Positions 37,434 to 46,796 are shown, counted from the stretch's first letter. The stretch is 64,000 nt of DNA from a virus (IMGVR_UViG_3300020049_013434:1-64000), one strand, 5' to 3'. Program-made: numbers and translations. Notes: generated from the letters alone by a model not told the origin.

Positions 37434-38962
37434 TAGTCCCCAATAATCACAAAGCCTGACAGGTCACCATAGGACACCGCAGTTTCAGACGCGTAGTAAG
37501 CGCTCTCGTCGTCTGCCGTATGTCCAACCGCCACAAAGATCGTTGGGTCAAGTGGGCAGGCGACAAAGTCCTTCATGAGTGAGTAGGTCGATAAGCCCGT
37601 CGTCACTGCCTCGATCTGGGTCCACTGCGATCCGCCGTCCGAAGTCGTGTAGACGTTGGCAGGGCTGTGTAGCACGATATAGCCCCGGCTGTTGGTCGGG
37701 AAAAGCACACGACGCACAACGGAACCCTGGCTGGTGAAAATCAGACTCCAGGTAACACCAGCGTCACTCGTGCAGTAGACGGCGCCATTCTCCGTCCCAA
37801 TGACCCAGTCGTCCCGCCCCTTCATAGCGACAGCCGTAATGTCGTCGGCAATGGGCGACCCGTCGATATTGATCGGCACCGTGCGCAGACTCGTACCATT
37901 GCGCCGTACTGCTAACGTCCCTGAGTCGCCAACGACTAGGAAGTTGTCGTAGTCTAGTCCGTCAAAGTCATTCCAGCGATTGGTGTACAGTGAGCCGTCC
38001 TCAATATAGTAGACCGCCATGGTTGACGGCCGCACCCAAAAGACCTTGCCGTTTTCAGTAACGCCGTACACGCGAGAGCGCATACGCTTCAGGCGGGTAA
38101 CCATAGCGCCCAGCGTAACCGTGTTGTTATACTCGGTTGTTGCAGCGTCGAGCCTTGTGACCGGAATGCCATACAGGACACCTGTGGCGTCGCCAGACAG
38201 AATGATATGATTATTGGCGACGGCAATGTTGAGCGAGTCGCTGTACTCTTCCGGTATAGCAGCCGGTGCGTCGGTTTCGTGGCGGGTCCAGCTTAGCCCA
38301 CCGTCGTTGCTGGCAAGGATATAAAAGAACGATTCATCCTCGACGAAAGTCAGCGGCAATTGTAGAGCATAGAAGTTCTGGCAAGCCTCAGCGTCGCCGT
38401 TGACACAGTCGTAGGGGCTATAGGCGACGGCCGGCACCTGACCACCCAGGGCAACCTGATTGCCGGCTGCGTGAACCAACCCAACCGTAAACAGTTCGTA
38501 GACGTTGGCGGCGGTTATATTGACTGTCTCCATGACGGGCGCAGTTTCGCTACTATTGAGCGCCCCCAGTCCGTCAATGTTGTAGCTGGAAATCTCGACG
38601 TTCTCGAAGACGAGCGCCTGCTCAAAGTCGGAGAAGTTGCTGAGATCGTTGCATACGCCAAAGTGAACCTGTAGGTCGAACTTGCAGCGTTCGCGCGCCA
38701 GCCGTGCCAGGACAGAAGGCATGCCGGCCGGCTTGTAGCCGGTGATTGTGCTGGTCCAGGCACCGTCGCTTGCCTTCACGACCTGCACCTGGCGGAAGCG
38801 CCCAGCCTTGGACGGATCGGGGCAGTAGATCGGCGTTGTTTCGCCGGCGCTACGGTCGAGACCGCCCATCTTCATACAGGTGTAGTAGTTATAGTGCTTG
38901 CCGCAGCCAGAGCCTGCCGGTGCAATAAAAATACGAGCATGGCTCGTTAGCATATATGCCAT
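37433..38962 (-). CDS. tail tube-like protein with BNR beta-propeller, paralogue 1
   Basis: SHARIFIA..GSGCG; SNDGGLSW, TSDAGVTW, TSDGGSQW. Confidence 0.65.
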   Translation of the reverse strand: MAYMLTSHARIFIAPAGSGCGKHYNYYTCMKMGGLDRSAGETTPIYCPDPSKAGRFRQVQVVKASDGAWTSTITGYKPAGMPSVLARLARERCKFDLQVHFGVCNDLSNFSDFEQALVFENVEISSYNIDGLGALNSSETAPVMETVNITAANVYELFTVGLVHAAGNQVALGGQVPAVAYSPYDCVNGDAEACQNFYALQLPLTFVEDESFFYILASNDGGLSWTRHETDAPAAIPEEYSDSLNIAVANNHIILSGDATGVLYGIPVTRLDAATTEYNNTVTLGAMVTRLKRMRSRVYGVTENGKVFWVRPSTMAVYYIEDGSLYTNRWNDFDGLDYDNFLVVGDSGTLAVRRNGTSLRTVPINIDGSPIADDITAVAMKGRDDWVIGTENGAVYCTSDAGVTWSLIFTSQGSVVRRVLFPTNSRGYIVLHSPANVYTTSDGGSQWTQIEAVTTGLSTYSLMKDFVACPLDPTIFVAVGHTADDESAYYASETAVSYGDLSGFVIIGD

Positions 38963-40344
38963 TAAAACGCCCCCGTCGATACCATGCCGCCTGGCATCAT
39001 ATTCTTAATCTCAAGCGCCTTGCGGAAGGCGTCTACCTCACCCCGTCGTGTGCCGAATGGATTATCTGCCAGTTTCAACGTCAGGAAGTAAGACCCCTCG
39101 TTGCGGTTCGAGTAGTTCATGGTCGCCTGCAGCTCAGCAAAGCGGTCGGTGGTGCGGTCGCAGGTGCACTGGCAGACCGCCTTTGGTAGCCGTGCCGCCG
39201 CCAGCAATGCCACAATCTGCTCAGTCTCACTGCTATCAAAGCAGGTGCTGTCGCAACCGAAATCGCTGGTATAGCCGTGCCAGTAGTAAAGCTTAACAAA
39301 GTCCGGGTCGCGACTACAGGCTTGGCAATTGCCGTCCGTACACCACTGCTCTTCCTCTGCGTTCCATGTGCCACGCACTGCCTGCACAGCGCCTTTGACG
39401 CCGTAAGTATTGCCGACGACGCAGCCAGGGCAATAGCTCAACTGGCAAATGTCACAGGAGCCGCAGGAGCAACCTGGGTTGCCACGCCAGCCAAACTGGG
39501 CTGCGGCTACAGTGCGGTCAAAATAGCGGCGCACCACGACCAGTTCCTCCGGGTAAGTCGCCGGCGAGAGTAGGTCGATAATCGGCGACATGTTGTTGTT
39601 CAGACAGATTCCGCAGTCAGCCGGCTCCTCGTAAAGCTCTGGACGAATGGCTACCCAAGGATCAATCTCAATACTGGCTATGCCGTCCGCAATCTCAATG
39701 CGCGGCGAGTGAATCTTGTAGGCTCGGTCGCAAACGTGACCGACGTGATACACTTCAATCTCGCACTCAAGCACACAGGACTCGACCTCGACTTCAAGCA
39801 AAATGCGCTTCGGGCAGTCCACATTATTCTTGCTCGTATACAGGTCGCCGTTGCGATCGTAGATTTGCACCGGTACTGTGCCGAGCTCGGCGACCGACTG
39901 GCGACCCCAGGCTAAGACCGGCTCGTCATTGATCACGTAGAGCCCATTAGCCCTTCTTGTCTCAGCCCGTACTCGGCTACTGCTAGACGATGGCAGCTCG
40001 CCAAGATAAATGCTGCCGTAGGCGTAGTCACGGGCTGGTCCACAGCCACCGTTATAGGGCAGGATAACGCACTTCTCTTGCGGGTAGATCGGTATGCCCC
40101 AGAAGGCTGCCAAGTCACGCTCGGCTTCGGCGATCGCATTCGCCAGGTCATCGCGCGTAACGACAGACGAACCGGCTTGGTGTGGACCTTGATACCAAAA
40201 CTCATTGCAGCCAGTCATGCAGCCATAGTGGCAGACGGGCTCGAAGGTGGCGCCGTTGAAGGCTACTGGGTTGAGTCCAAAGATCTCGGCAAACCTATCG
40301 AGATCTAATACTTTTGACTTTTTCGAGAAACGACTCCAGGCCAT
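38962..40344 (-). CDS. Cys-rich head-tail adaptor-like protein
   Basis: ATG 40344 with GGAGG; DDLANAIAEAE helix and VKLYYWHGY resemble adaptors; 25 Cys. Confidence 0.5.
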   Translation of the reverse strand: MAWSRFSKKSKVLDLDRFAEIFGLNPVAFNGATFEPVCHYGCMTGCNEFWYQGPHQAGSSVVTRDDLANAIAEAERDLAAFWGIPIYPQEKCVILPYNGGCGPARDYAYGSIYLGELPSSSSSRVRAETRRANGLYVINDEPVLAWGRQSVAELGTVPVQIYDRNGDLYTSKNNVDCPKRILLEVEVESCVLECEIEVYHVGHVCDRAYKIHSPRIEIADGIASIEIDPWVAIRPELYEEPADCGICLNNNMSPIIDLLSPATYPEELVVVRRYFDRTVAAAQFGWRGNPGCSCGSCDICQLSYCPGCVVGNTYGVKGAVQAVRGTWNAEEEQWCTDGNCQACSRDPDFVKLYYWHGYTSDFGCDSTCFDSSETEQIVALLAAARLPKAVCQCTCDRTTDRFAELQATMNYSNRNEGSYFLTLKLADNPFGTRRGEVDAFRKALEIKNMMPGGMVSTGAF

Positions 40345-40711
40345 CCAGGACCTCCACCAAATTGAGCATGAACGTGTACACGCCATAAGCCGCAAAGAAC
40401 TCGGCAACGGTATAGAGAGAGAAGCTGCGCGCCGTCAGCAGGACGGCAATAATATTCGTCCAGATACCCGTGCAGTACATGCACAGGAGCATGAGACCAA
40501 CCTCGGTCGTCGCCACATATTTAGGTATCTCTTCGGGCGGCGTATCAGTCATCGCAATGTAGCGATTCAGTTGCTCGCCCGTTGCCGTATCGCTAGGCAA
40601 AATGCCGGCTAGCTCGCGAATCCGTTCAAGCAGGCGATAGGGTCCGCGCTCGTTAACCAGCAAATGCGCAATGGCATAAGCGACTAGGGCTCGTAGTAAG
40701 ATCATCGCCAT
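40295..40711 (-). CDS. DUF1360-like membrane protein
   Basis: LLVNERGP..LERIR, LLCMYCTGIW; next to the lysin. Confidence 0.6.
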   Translation of the reverse strand: MAMILLRALVAYAIAHLLVNERGPYRLLERIRELAGILPSDTATGEQLNRYIAMTDTPPEEIPKYVATTEVGLMLLCMYCTGIWTNIIAVLLTARSFSLYTVAEFFAAYGVYTFMLNLVEVLDGLESFLEKVKSIRSR

Positions 40712-41346
40712 AACAATGCCTGCCTTTGCACTCTGTCTACCCTGGACATCCATGACACGCCGTAGCGCGCATAGTTTGACAGGGTGCGGTAAAAATAGCG
40801 GCGCCATTCATTGTAGGCGTCGAAGGTGCCGGTCACGCTCGACGCCAGTAGCGCCGTGCCAACACCGGCATTGACCGCAAAGTCGAACACGGTCAGGTTG
40901 AGCGGAAAAGGCAGCATGGCTGCCCCACTTGGCACCCAATAGCTATCGTGATAAATCTTGCGCATGCGCTCCATGGTGAGCTGAGAGACACGCACGTAGG
41001 GGTGCGCCTTTTGGCTAATGCCCCACAGTGTGACGCCGCCCGGATCATGTTGGTCAGTCGATAGCCCACCCTCTTCGCGCAGAACAAAGCGCAGGCAGCG
41101 ACCAAAATCACCTTCGACAAGTCGGTCAATTAGAATGGTCCGATTCGCCGATTGCTCGGCTATCCAGCCGGTGCGCCCGTTGCGGACCTGCCACCAGATT
41201 AATCCAGCGCGCTCAATGGGACCGCCTGTAATAACGAGCTTCGTGTCGAAGTCAAGCGTCTCAAGCCATGTACCGTTCGGCTCGCGTCGGAGTTTAGTCG
41301 GCGTGACCACGACCACAGAATCACCTACCAAAAGTTCTGTCTTCAT
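40702..41346 (-). CDS. endolysin: SH3-like domain + glycosyl hydrolase 108
   Basis: WWQVR..TGWIAE; EEGG..HDPGGVTLWGI; FDFAVNAG. Confidence 0.85.
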   Translation of the reverse strand: MKTELLVGDSVVVVTPTKLRREPNGTWLETLDFDTKLVITGGPIERAGLIWWQVRNGRTGWIAEQSANRTILIDRLVEGDFGRCLRFVLREEGGLSTDQHDPGGVTLWGISQKAHPYVRVSQLTMERMRKIYHDSYWVPSGAAMLPFPLNLTVFDFAVNAGVGTALLASSVTGTFDAYNEWRRYFYRTLSNYARYGVSWMSRVDRVQRQALLWR

Positions 41347-41406
41347 AGAATCTTCCCCAATGGTCGCCGATCATTAATCGGACGTGATCGGCGACCATTG
41401 GCAATG

Positions 41407-41814
41407 TTAGTTCTTTTTAACTTCGACCGACTGCCCACCCGTCAGGCTGACCGGCTGATTGGTCAGGAAGCGCAGGAAAATGTTCAGTACGCCAGACACC
41501 CAGGCGATATGAGCCGGGTTGACGCCCAGCACGTCGTAGCTGGTAAGGGCAAGGACGGCGAGCGTGATTGTGATCGCGTTGATCCAGAACGTTCTGCTAG
41601 CCGCAATACTCTTAGTCCCTACAGTCGTTGCCTCTTCGATCATTTCTTCCTCCCGATTTCTAATGCTATCCCACTCGGAATACCGCTCGTTTGCTGGCAG
41701 TGTGCCACTGATTCGATCTGCCCGTGCCCCTAGTCGACAGGCTGACCAGTAGAGCACGAAGATGAGTGCGCTTACAATGCCCCAGAGCTTCAGAATCCAC
41801 CACAGCGTATCCAT
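41407..41814 (-). CDS. holin (possible second start at 41643)
   Basis: KSIAASRTFWIN...NIFLRFLTNQPV holin motif; upstream of the endolysin. Confidence 0.7.
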   Translation of the reverse strand: MDTLWWILKLWGIVSALIFVLYWSACRLGARADRISGTLPANERYSEWDSIRNREEEMIEEATTVGTKSIAASRTFWINAITITLAVLALTSYDVLGVNPAHIAWVSGVLNIFLRFLTNQPVSLTGGQSVEVKKN

Positions 41815-41978
41815 TACGCCTCCTGCTTCCGCCGTACCTTTCGACGCTTTAGTCCAACAGCCGGTAAATCAGCGTGCTTGCGGCGCATAATGCGCTTGTG
41901 CCAGAACGGTCTGACCTGCAGCGCTTCTTGTGAGGCGGCAACGGCGTTCTGTATGGCTTTTCTCTGCTGCTCATTCAT
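41814..41978 (-). CDS. 54-aa basic protein (not in the ORF track)
   Basis: MNEQQRKAIQ...RRKQEA; TAATG coupling to the holin. Confidence 0.45.
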   Translation of the reverse strand: MNEQQRKAIQNAVAASQEALQVRPFWHKRIMRRKHADLPAVGLKRRKVRRKQEA

Positions 41979-41984
41979 GATTTC

Positions 41985-43493
41985 TCACCCAATCCATATC
42001 GCAAACCAGGCGTCCGGCATAGGGGTGTCCGGCACTATTTCCGGCTGCAATTCGACATATCCAATCATCTTGGTCGCCGCAATTATCGCAATCGGTGTCA
42101 TTTCAACGTACCCAATTATCTTGGTCGATAGAACGACCGTAGCTGGCGAAAGCTCGACATAGGCGATAGCCTTTGTGACTGCTACAATGGTCGTCGGTGA
42201 CAGCTCGGCGTAGCCAACAACCTTGGTGCTACTCACCGTGGCGGCCGGCTGCATTTCAACGTAGCCAATGACCTTGGTACTATCGACCCTCGCCGCAATG
42301 GAGCCTGAAAGTGAAGCACTTGGCGTGAGACCGCCAGTCAACCTCTTGATCGCCCGCTTCAGAAGTCCGCCAGCGCTTGCTACTGCGCCAGATAGCGATA
42401 CGTACATGCGCTTGGCTAACGTGCCGCTCACGCCCACTGCACCAGTCAGGCGATACGTGAACTGCTTTGTCAGGCTTCCGACTGGCGTTAACCCACCTGA
42501 CAGGTGCTTTGTTACCGACACCTTCAGAGATCCGGCTATCGTGACAGCGCCGGTCAACACGCGTACCGAGCTCTGCATGACGGCGCCAGCGCTGCCGACT
42601 GAGCCAGAGAGAATTACCAGGAAGCCGCGACCAACGGTGCCACTGAGTGTTACGCCGCCACTGAGCGCTCTTGTCAAACTCTTAACGAGTGTGCCCGCTG
42701 GTGTCAGTCCACCGCTTAAAAGCTTCGATACTCGATTGAGCAAAGTGCTAGCCGGAGTTAGCTCGCCCGCCAAATGGAAGCCGACTTGCCGAACCAGGCT
42801 ACCTGTCGGTGTGATTCCGCCAGAGACAGATTGATTATAATTCGTTGAGCTCGGCGGCTTAACGATAATGGCGGCAAGCGCCCATTCGCGTGCAGACGAC
42901 AAAGATGCTGAGCCGAGCAGTGTGACTGATCCCGCTACAGACTTGTCTTCGTAGAACATGCTGGCTCTGACAATGTTTCCGCCAGATCCAACGGAATTAT
43001 TTATGCTTACACTGGTTTCGTCTACCAACGTAACGTTTGCTGGTCCGTGAACCGACAGACAGCCTACTACTCGCGCTCCGTCTGTCGTCGTTGTTATTGA
43101 AACCGTAGCATCCTTATTGTCAGTAGCGCCAGTCGAGGCGCTACCTGTATTCTCTATTGCGCCAGATCCGTTCGTGCCTGATGTGTCAACGCCGGATACG
43201 CGGATTGCGATCGCGTAAGAGAATCCACTGGTATTGGAGATGGAGATACTTCCAGTGCTTGGGCTTGCACCCATCGATCTCCATACCGTGAGACCGCATT
43301 GCCCCTGCGTCTCATTTACATCTATGACTTGCGCAAATGTGAGTCCATTCCCGCTAATGGACGGACCTAGTAGCTCATTCCTTTCCGCCAAAAAAACCAG
43401 GACTAATTCGTTCGCTAGCGGAGTCCAGCTTGGTAGCGCGATCCCACTACCGCCATCTGCTGCTCCAATCGCCTGTTCAATTACAATCGCCAT
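41985..43493 (-). CDS. repeat-rich virion fibre-like protein
   Basis: globular N-domain, about 10 repeats of 18 aa (LSGGLTPxGxL), 5 repeats of 17 aa (TKxIGYVExxP). Confidence 0.6.
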   Translation of the reverse strand: MAIVIEQAIGAADGGSGIALPSWTPLANELVLVFLAERNELLGPSISGNGLTFAQVIDVNETQGQCGLTVWRSMGASPSTGSISISNTSGFSYAIAIRVSGVDTSGTNGSGAIENTGSASTGATDNKDATVSITTTTDGARVVGCLSVHGPANVTLVDETSVSINNSVGSGGNIVRASMFYEDKSVAGSVTLLGSASLSSAREWALAAIIVKPPSSTNYNQSVSGGITPTGSLVRQVGFHLAGELTPASTLLNRVSKLLSGGLTPAGTLVKSLTRALSGGVTLSGTVGRGFLVILSGSVGSAGAVMQSSVRVLTGAVTIAGSLKVSVTKHLSGGLTPVGSLTKQFTYRLTGAVGVSGTLAKRMYVSLSGAVASAGGLLKRAIKRLTGGLTPSASLSGSIAARVDSTKVIGYVEMQPAATVSSTKVVGYAELSPTTIVAVTKAIAYVELSPATVVLSTKIIGYVEMTPIAIIAATKMIGYVELQPEIVPDTPMPDAWFAIWIG

Positions 43494-43505
43494 GGGCAGC
43501 CGTCC

Positions 43506-44558
43506 TTAGAATGTACCGGCCGTCTCGTGTACAATCTCCATATTGTTCACATCGGTCGCCGACCATGCACCGCCGCCAGGCTTGGTTGTCTGGCGCTCCA
43601 TGACCGGACCAAAGGTCGTGGTCAACGCCTGTGCCGAGCCAAGTACTTCTGTGCCGGAAAGTCGTGTGCCAAGCTTGATCGTGCTCGCCTTTGCCGGATC
43701 GGACTTCTTGATCCAGTCCTCAACGATCACGGCGTCGATCTGATAGCCAGCCGGCAGCGTTAGGTTCGACATGGCATAGCCGTCATTGACGCCGGACGCA
43801 CTGGCATAGACATAGTCCGTCGTGTCATTGGGCGCACCCGTGTCGTCGACTGCCTGGTAGTTTGTAGCGGCGCCAGCCACGCTCCAGTTCGTATTGGTGC
43901 CGGCGCCGGAAACCGTCAGTGGCTCAAATATGCTTTGCGGTACGGAATCGTCCGCTTCACTGACGGTCGTGTCGCCGTAGATATCGTCGACGTACAGGTA
44001 ATTTGCCCAGCCATTGCCAGCCGAGCTACCACGTCCGCCGACATAAATGCCAGTGCAGTTCCCAGTGTAAAAGCCGGTTGTCGCCTGCAGACGAAGTACG
44101 CCATTTATATAGACCGACAAGAATGGGCTGCCGCCAGAAAACTTTGCATTCACCCCGACATGGAACCAGGTGTTCGTCGGGTTAATGCCGGCTGTAGCCG
44201 CAGCGACCGATACAATCTCCGTATTGAGCGCACAGATACGGAGGACGCCGGTCGTCTGATAGTACTCAACCGTGTTTAGCCCGCCGCTATTGTCGAAGTG
44301 AAAGAAGATACCGCGCGCATTGGTGCCGGTGAGCCCAGCGTGATTAAAGAACGCTCCGCAGCGCACTTGAGCAACAGACGGCGTGGCAAAGCCCAGTGGG
44401 TAATCGTCGGCGCCAAAGCGAAAGCTATACAAGCCAGTCTTCGCCTTCGTGGCTGAAATCGCTTGCCCGCTTGCCGATCCCCAGTTCGCTGACTCCGCAG
44501 GAAGCTCAGCTTTGCTCTGCATCTCAGCGCCAGCCTGCCATACGCGTGCGATTGTCAT
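43506..44558 (-). CDS. ConA/LamG-like virion protein
   Basis: TNTWFHV, SVYING, YVDDIY. Confidence 0.55.
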   Translation of the reverse strand: MTIARVWQAGAEMQSKAELPAESANWGSASGQAISATKAKTGLYSFRFGADDYPLGFATPSVAQVRCGAFFNHAGLTGTNARGIFFHFDNSGGLNTVEYYQTTGVLRICALNTEIVSVAAATAGINPTNTWFHVGVNAKFSGGSPFLSVYINGVLRLQATTGFYTGNCTGIYVGGRGSSAGNGWANYLYVDDIYGDTTVSEADDSVPQSIFEPLTVSGAGTNTNWSVAGAATNYQAVDDTGAPNDTTDYVYASASGVNDGYAMSNLTLPAGYQIDAVIVEDWIKKSDPAKASTIKLGTRLSGTEVLGSAQALTTTFGPVMERQTTKPGGGAWSATDVNNMEIVHETAGTF

Positions 44559-45133
44559 TGGTATGTTCCCTTCAGCGTTACAACCGCACCCTTAGCCCCA
44601 TTGCCGCCGTCCATTACGCGTACAGAGATTTCGTCGTCGTCAGCGATTGAGGCGGCGGGTAGGACGGCAGGCACCGAGGCGGTGACCGAAGTCTTCTCGT
44701 CCTGATCAATTGTTACTCTGGTCGAGAACACGCTCACCCCATTCTTGCGCACGTCAATGTCTACCTTGTTCAACGTCGAAGCCGTTTTTACGCTGGCTCT
44801 AACAGAGGTCAAGGTGAACGCGTCTGGCGCACGAAAGGTGACCGTATTGCCGGTAACCACGTCAGCCGTATCGCCGCCCATGCCGACCATAAGGCGGTAA
44901 GGGCGAACGGTCAGTGCCTCTAGGGCTTCCTGGACATTGTCGGCGCCGGGCAAGGCAGGAATGGCGGCGATAAGAACCTCAGAGGCGTCCTGCTCACTGC
45001 CAGGAAGCCCTTCGCTCAAATCGATCCACTCGATACCATTGTCGGTTGTAATGGGCGTCAGACCATTGCCGGTTGGCGCAGGCAGTGGCTCACTACAGCG
45101 GCGGTCGCTCAGTCCAAGAAGATTGGTAACCAT
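44555..45133 (-). CDS. virion fibre-associated protein
   Basis: ADNVQEALEAL trimerisation-like motif; FRAPDAFTLTSVRAS..DIDVRKNG domain. Confidence 0.5.
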   Translation of the reverse strand: MVTNLLGLSDRRCSEPLPAPTGNGLTPITTDNGIEWIDLSEGLPGSEQDASEVLIAAIPALPGADNVQEALEALTVRPYRLMVGMGGDTADVVTGNTVTFRAPDAFTLTSVRASVKTASTLNKVDIDVRKNGVSVFSTRVTIDQDEKTSVTASVPAVLPAASIADDDEISVRVMDGGNGAKGAVVTLKGTYQ

Positions 45134-45134
45134 A

Positions 45135-45749
45135 TTAGGCTAACTTGCTCGCGCTCTTCAGAATGCTGGCTGCCACGGTCTCGGACGAGCCCAGGATCTC
45201 AGCGAGCTCTTCTTGCGTCAGGGCGGCCAAGGCTTTGTAGGTGACAATTCCCGCCTCGTTCAGCTTCTCTTCGCGCGCCGGCCCAACGCCGTCAACCTCG
45301 GTCAGCGCGTCCTTCTCGTCCGTCTTGACCTCTGGCACGATTAGCTTGGTCGTCAGTTCACCGCCAGGCTGCACAGAAGCAACCTCGCCGGTCTCTACAG
45401 CGCCGTCGTTCACTGCCGTTTCGACAATGGGCTCGTCTTGCACCGCCACGGGCTCAACCTCAATCAGTTGAAACAAGTCTGGTCGTCGAGCGGCGTCTTC
45501 AGGATGAACCGAGAGCTCCAGCCCATTGCCGCCATAGCCATAGTGCCGTACCTTTCTGGTCGGCGACGTAATATAGTGATTGCCGTGTGGACCGTTGTAG
45601 CGCACACGGACATAGCCGTCATCAGCGGGGGCGAGCGAACGAGTCTGCGATCTTGCCATTGGTTCTGCTCCATAAATTGTTCTGGCGCTTGCTGACGGTG
45701 ATACTGAACGAGTACTCCCGCGCGAGCGTCCGCAACTACCACATGCCAT
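45135..45749 (-). CDS. protein with N-terminal CxxC and C-terminal helix-hairpin-helix
   Basis: MACGSCG; LTEVDGVGPAREEKLNEAGI. Confidence 0.65.
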   Translation of the reverse strand: MACGSCGRSRGSTRSVSPSASARTIYGAEPMARSQTRSLAPADDGYVRVRYNGPHGNHYITSPTRKVRHYGYGGNGLELSVHPEDAARRPDLFQLIEVEPVAVQDEPIVETAVNDGAVETGEVASVQPGGELTTKLIVPEVKTDEKDALTEVDGVGPAREEKLNEAGIVTYKALAALTQEELAEILGSSETVAASILKSASKLA

Positions 45750-45835
45750 GCCTAATCCTCCTAATTATGTAGGTGGGTCGGTGGAGCAACCACCCGCCCA
45801 CCAGGCGGTTACCCCACCTAACCCCATCCCACTCC

Positions 45836-45886
45836 AGTATACAGAGAGAAGTAGAGCGTTCCTATCCCTTAGAATTCGGGGTTTTT
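45836..45886 (-). promoter_or_regulatory. late promoter element, copy 1
   Basis: AAAAACCCCGAATTCTAAGGGATA (45886-45863), 21 nt, then TATACT. Confidence 0.7.
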
Positions 45887-45887
45887 G

Positions 45888-45925
45888 TTTTCCCACTTGA
45901 CATATTATACTGACCGTGATAAACT
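45888..45925 (+). promoter_or_regulatory. sigma70-type promoter of the moron
   Basis: TTTTCCCAC-TTGACA(45897-45902)-17 nt-TAAACT, extended TG. Confidence 0.75.
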
Positions 45926-45961
45926 TCTCGGCTAGTTTGGTTTCTGTTTAGGGGAGGCAGC

Positions 45962-46420
45962 TTGCAGGGGCGTATTCACGGAGTGGTTGACGACACGATA
46001 GCTAACAGTGTCCTGGTCGGTGGGTTGGTAGCCACACCGATTCTGGGCTTGTGGGGGCTCGGCTTTATTGTGGCTGGTGTCTTCAGCCGCTTCGTCTCTC
46101 CTGACTTTGACATTGTCGACGTGACAGTTGAGAGCAAGCACAAGGTGTACCGCCTCAACTGGTTTCTGGGCATGCTCTGGGAGGTCTACTGGCTGCCCTA
46201 TGGCTTGCTCAATCGCCACCGTGGGCGCAGTCACAAGTGGCTAGGTACAGTCGAGCGCTGCCTCTATCTCTACTGGCTGCCCATGCTGTCGTTCTATCAA
46301 ATCGGTATCCAGTATCCTTACCTGCAAGGCACAATTCTGCTGTTCTGGTTGGCGGTCTTCATTGGGCATGGTGTGGTTGATCGGGCGCATGTGCGACTAG
46401 ATCGCATGTGCTACTTCTAA
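45962..46420 (+). CDS. DUF2227-like metal-binding membrane protein
   Basis: GRIH, SPDFD, WLPY...HRGRSH..GT..R..Y, HxxxD. Confidence 0.65.
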   Translation: MQGRIHGVVDDTIANSVLVGGLVATPILGLWGLGFIVAGVFSRFVSPDFDIVDVTVESKHKVYRLNWFLGMLWEVYWLPYGLLNRHRGRSHKWLGTVERCLYLYWLPMLSFYQIGIQYPYLQGTILLFWLAVFIGHGVVDRAHVRLDRMCYF

Positions 46421-46428
46421 GGAGGGTT

Positions 46429-46692
46429 ATGGCAACAGCTTATGCGCGTAGAGAATTGCAAGAGATTCTGTTCAGCCTTTTTTATGCCAAGTATTTCAAT
46501 CATGGCACCGGAGGGCATCAGGCTTATACGGTGCAAGCGAAGCAGGCTCGCAGTGCTGGAAAGGGTGATATTCGCCTTGTGCTTGTAAATCTATTCGATC
46601 AAGATCAAGGTCATTTACCGGATGATATCGTAGCAAAGGCTATTGAGGCTCACCCAGAACAGTTCTTAGTGGAGGCGCCTAGATCGAAGTAG
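46429..46692 (+). CDS. hypothetical protein
   Basis: RBS AAGGAGG. Confidence 0.6.
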   Translation: MATAYARRELQEILFSLFYAKYFNHGTGGHQAYTVQAKQARSAGKGDIRLVLVNLFDQDQGHLPDDIVAKAIEAHPEQFLVEAPRSK

Positions 46693-46756
46693 TTGGTAAT
46701 ACGGAAAGCCTGACCGGCTAGCCTTTACATAAAATCATATAGTGTGATGTGCAAGC

Positions 46757-46796
46757 GCAAAACGACCATAGATCAGTTGATCTATGGTCGTTTTGC
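46757..46796. terminator. bidirectional terminator-like perfect 19-bp inverted repeat
   Basis: GCAAAACGACCATAGATCA-gt-TGATCTATGGTCGTTTTGC between convergent genes. Confidence 0.75.

Noticed and set aside
32797-38962. DGR or shufflon explanation for the four paralogues
   Set aside because: No reverse transcriptase, no adenine-specific TR/VR pair and no recombination sites seen; all four are full-length genes
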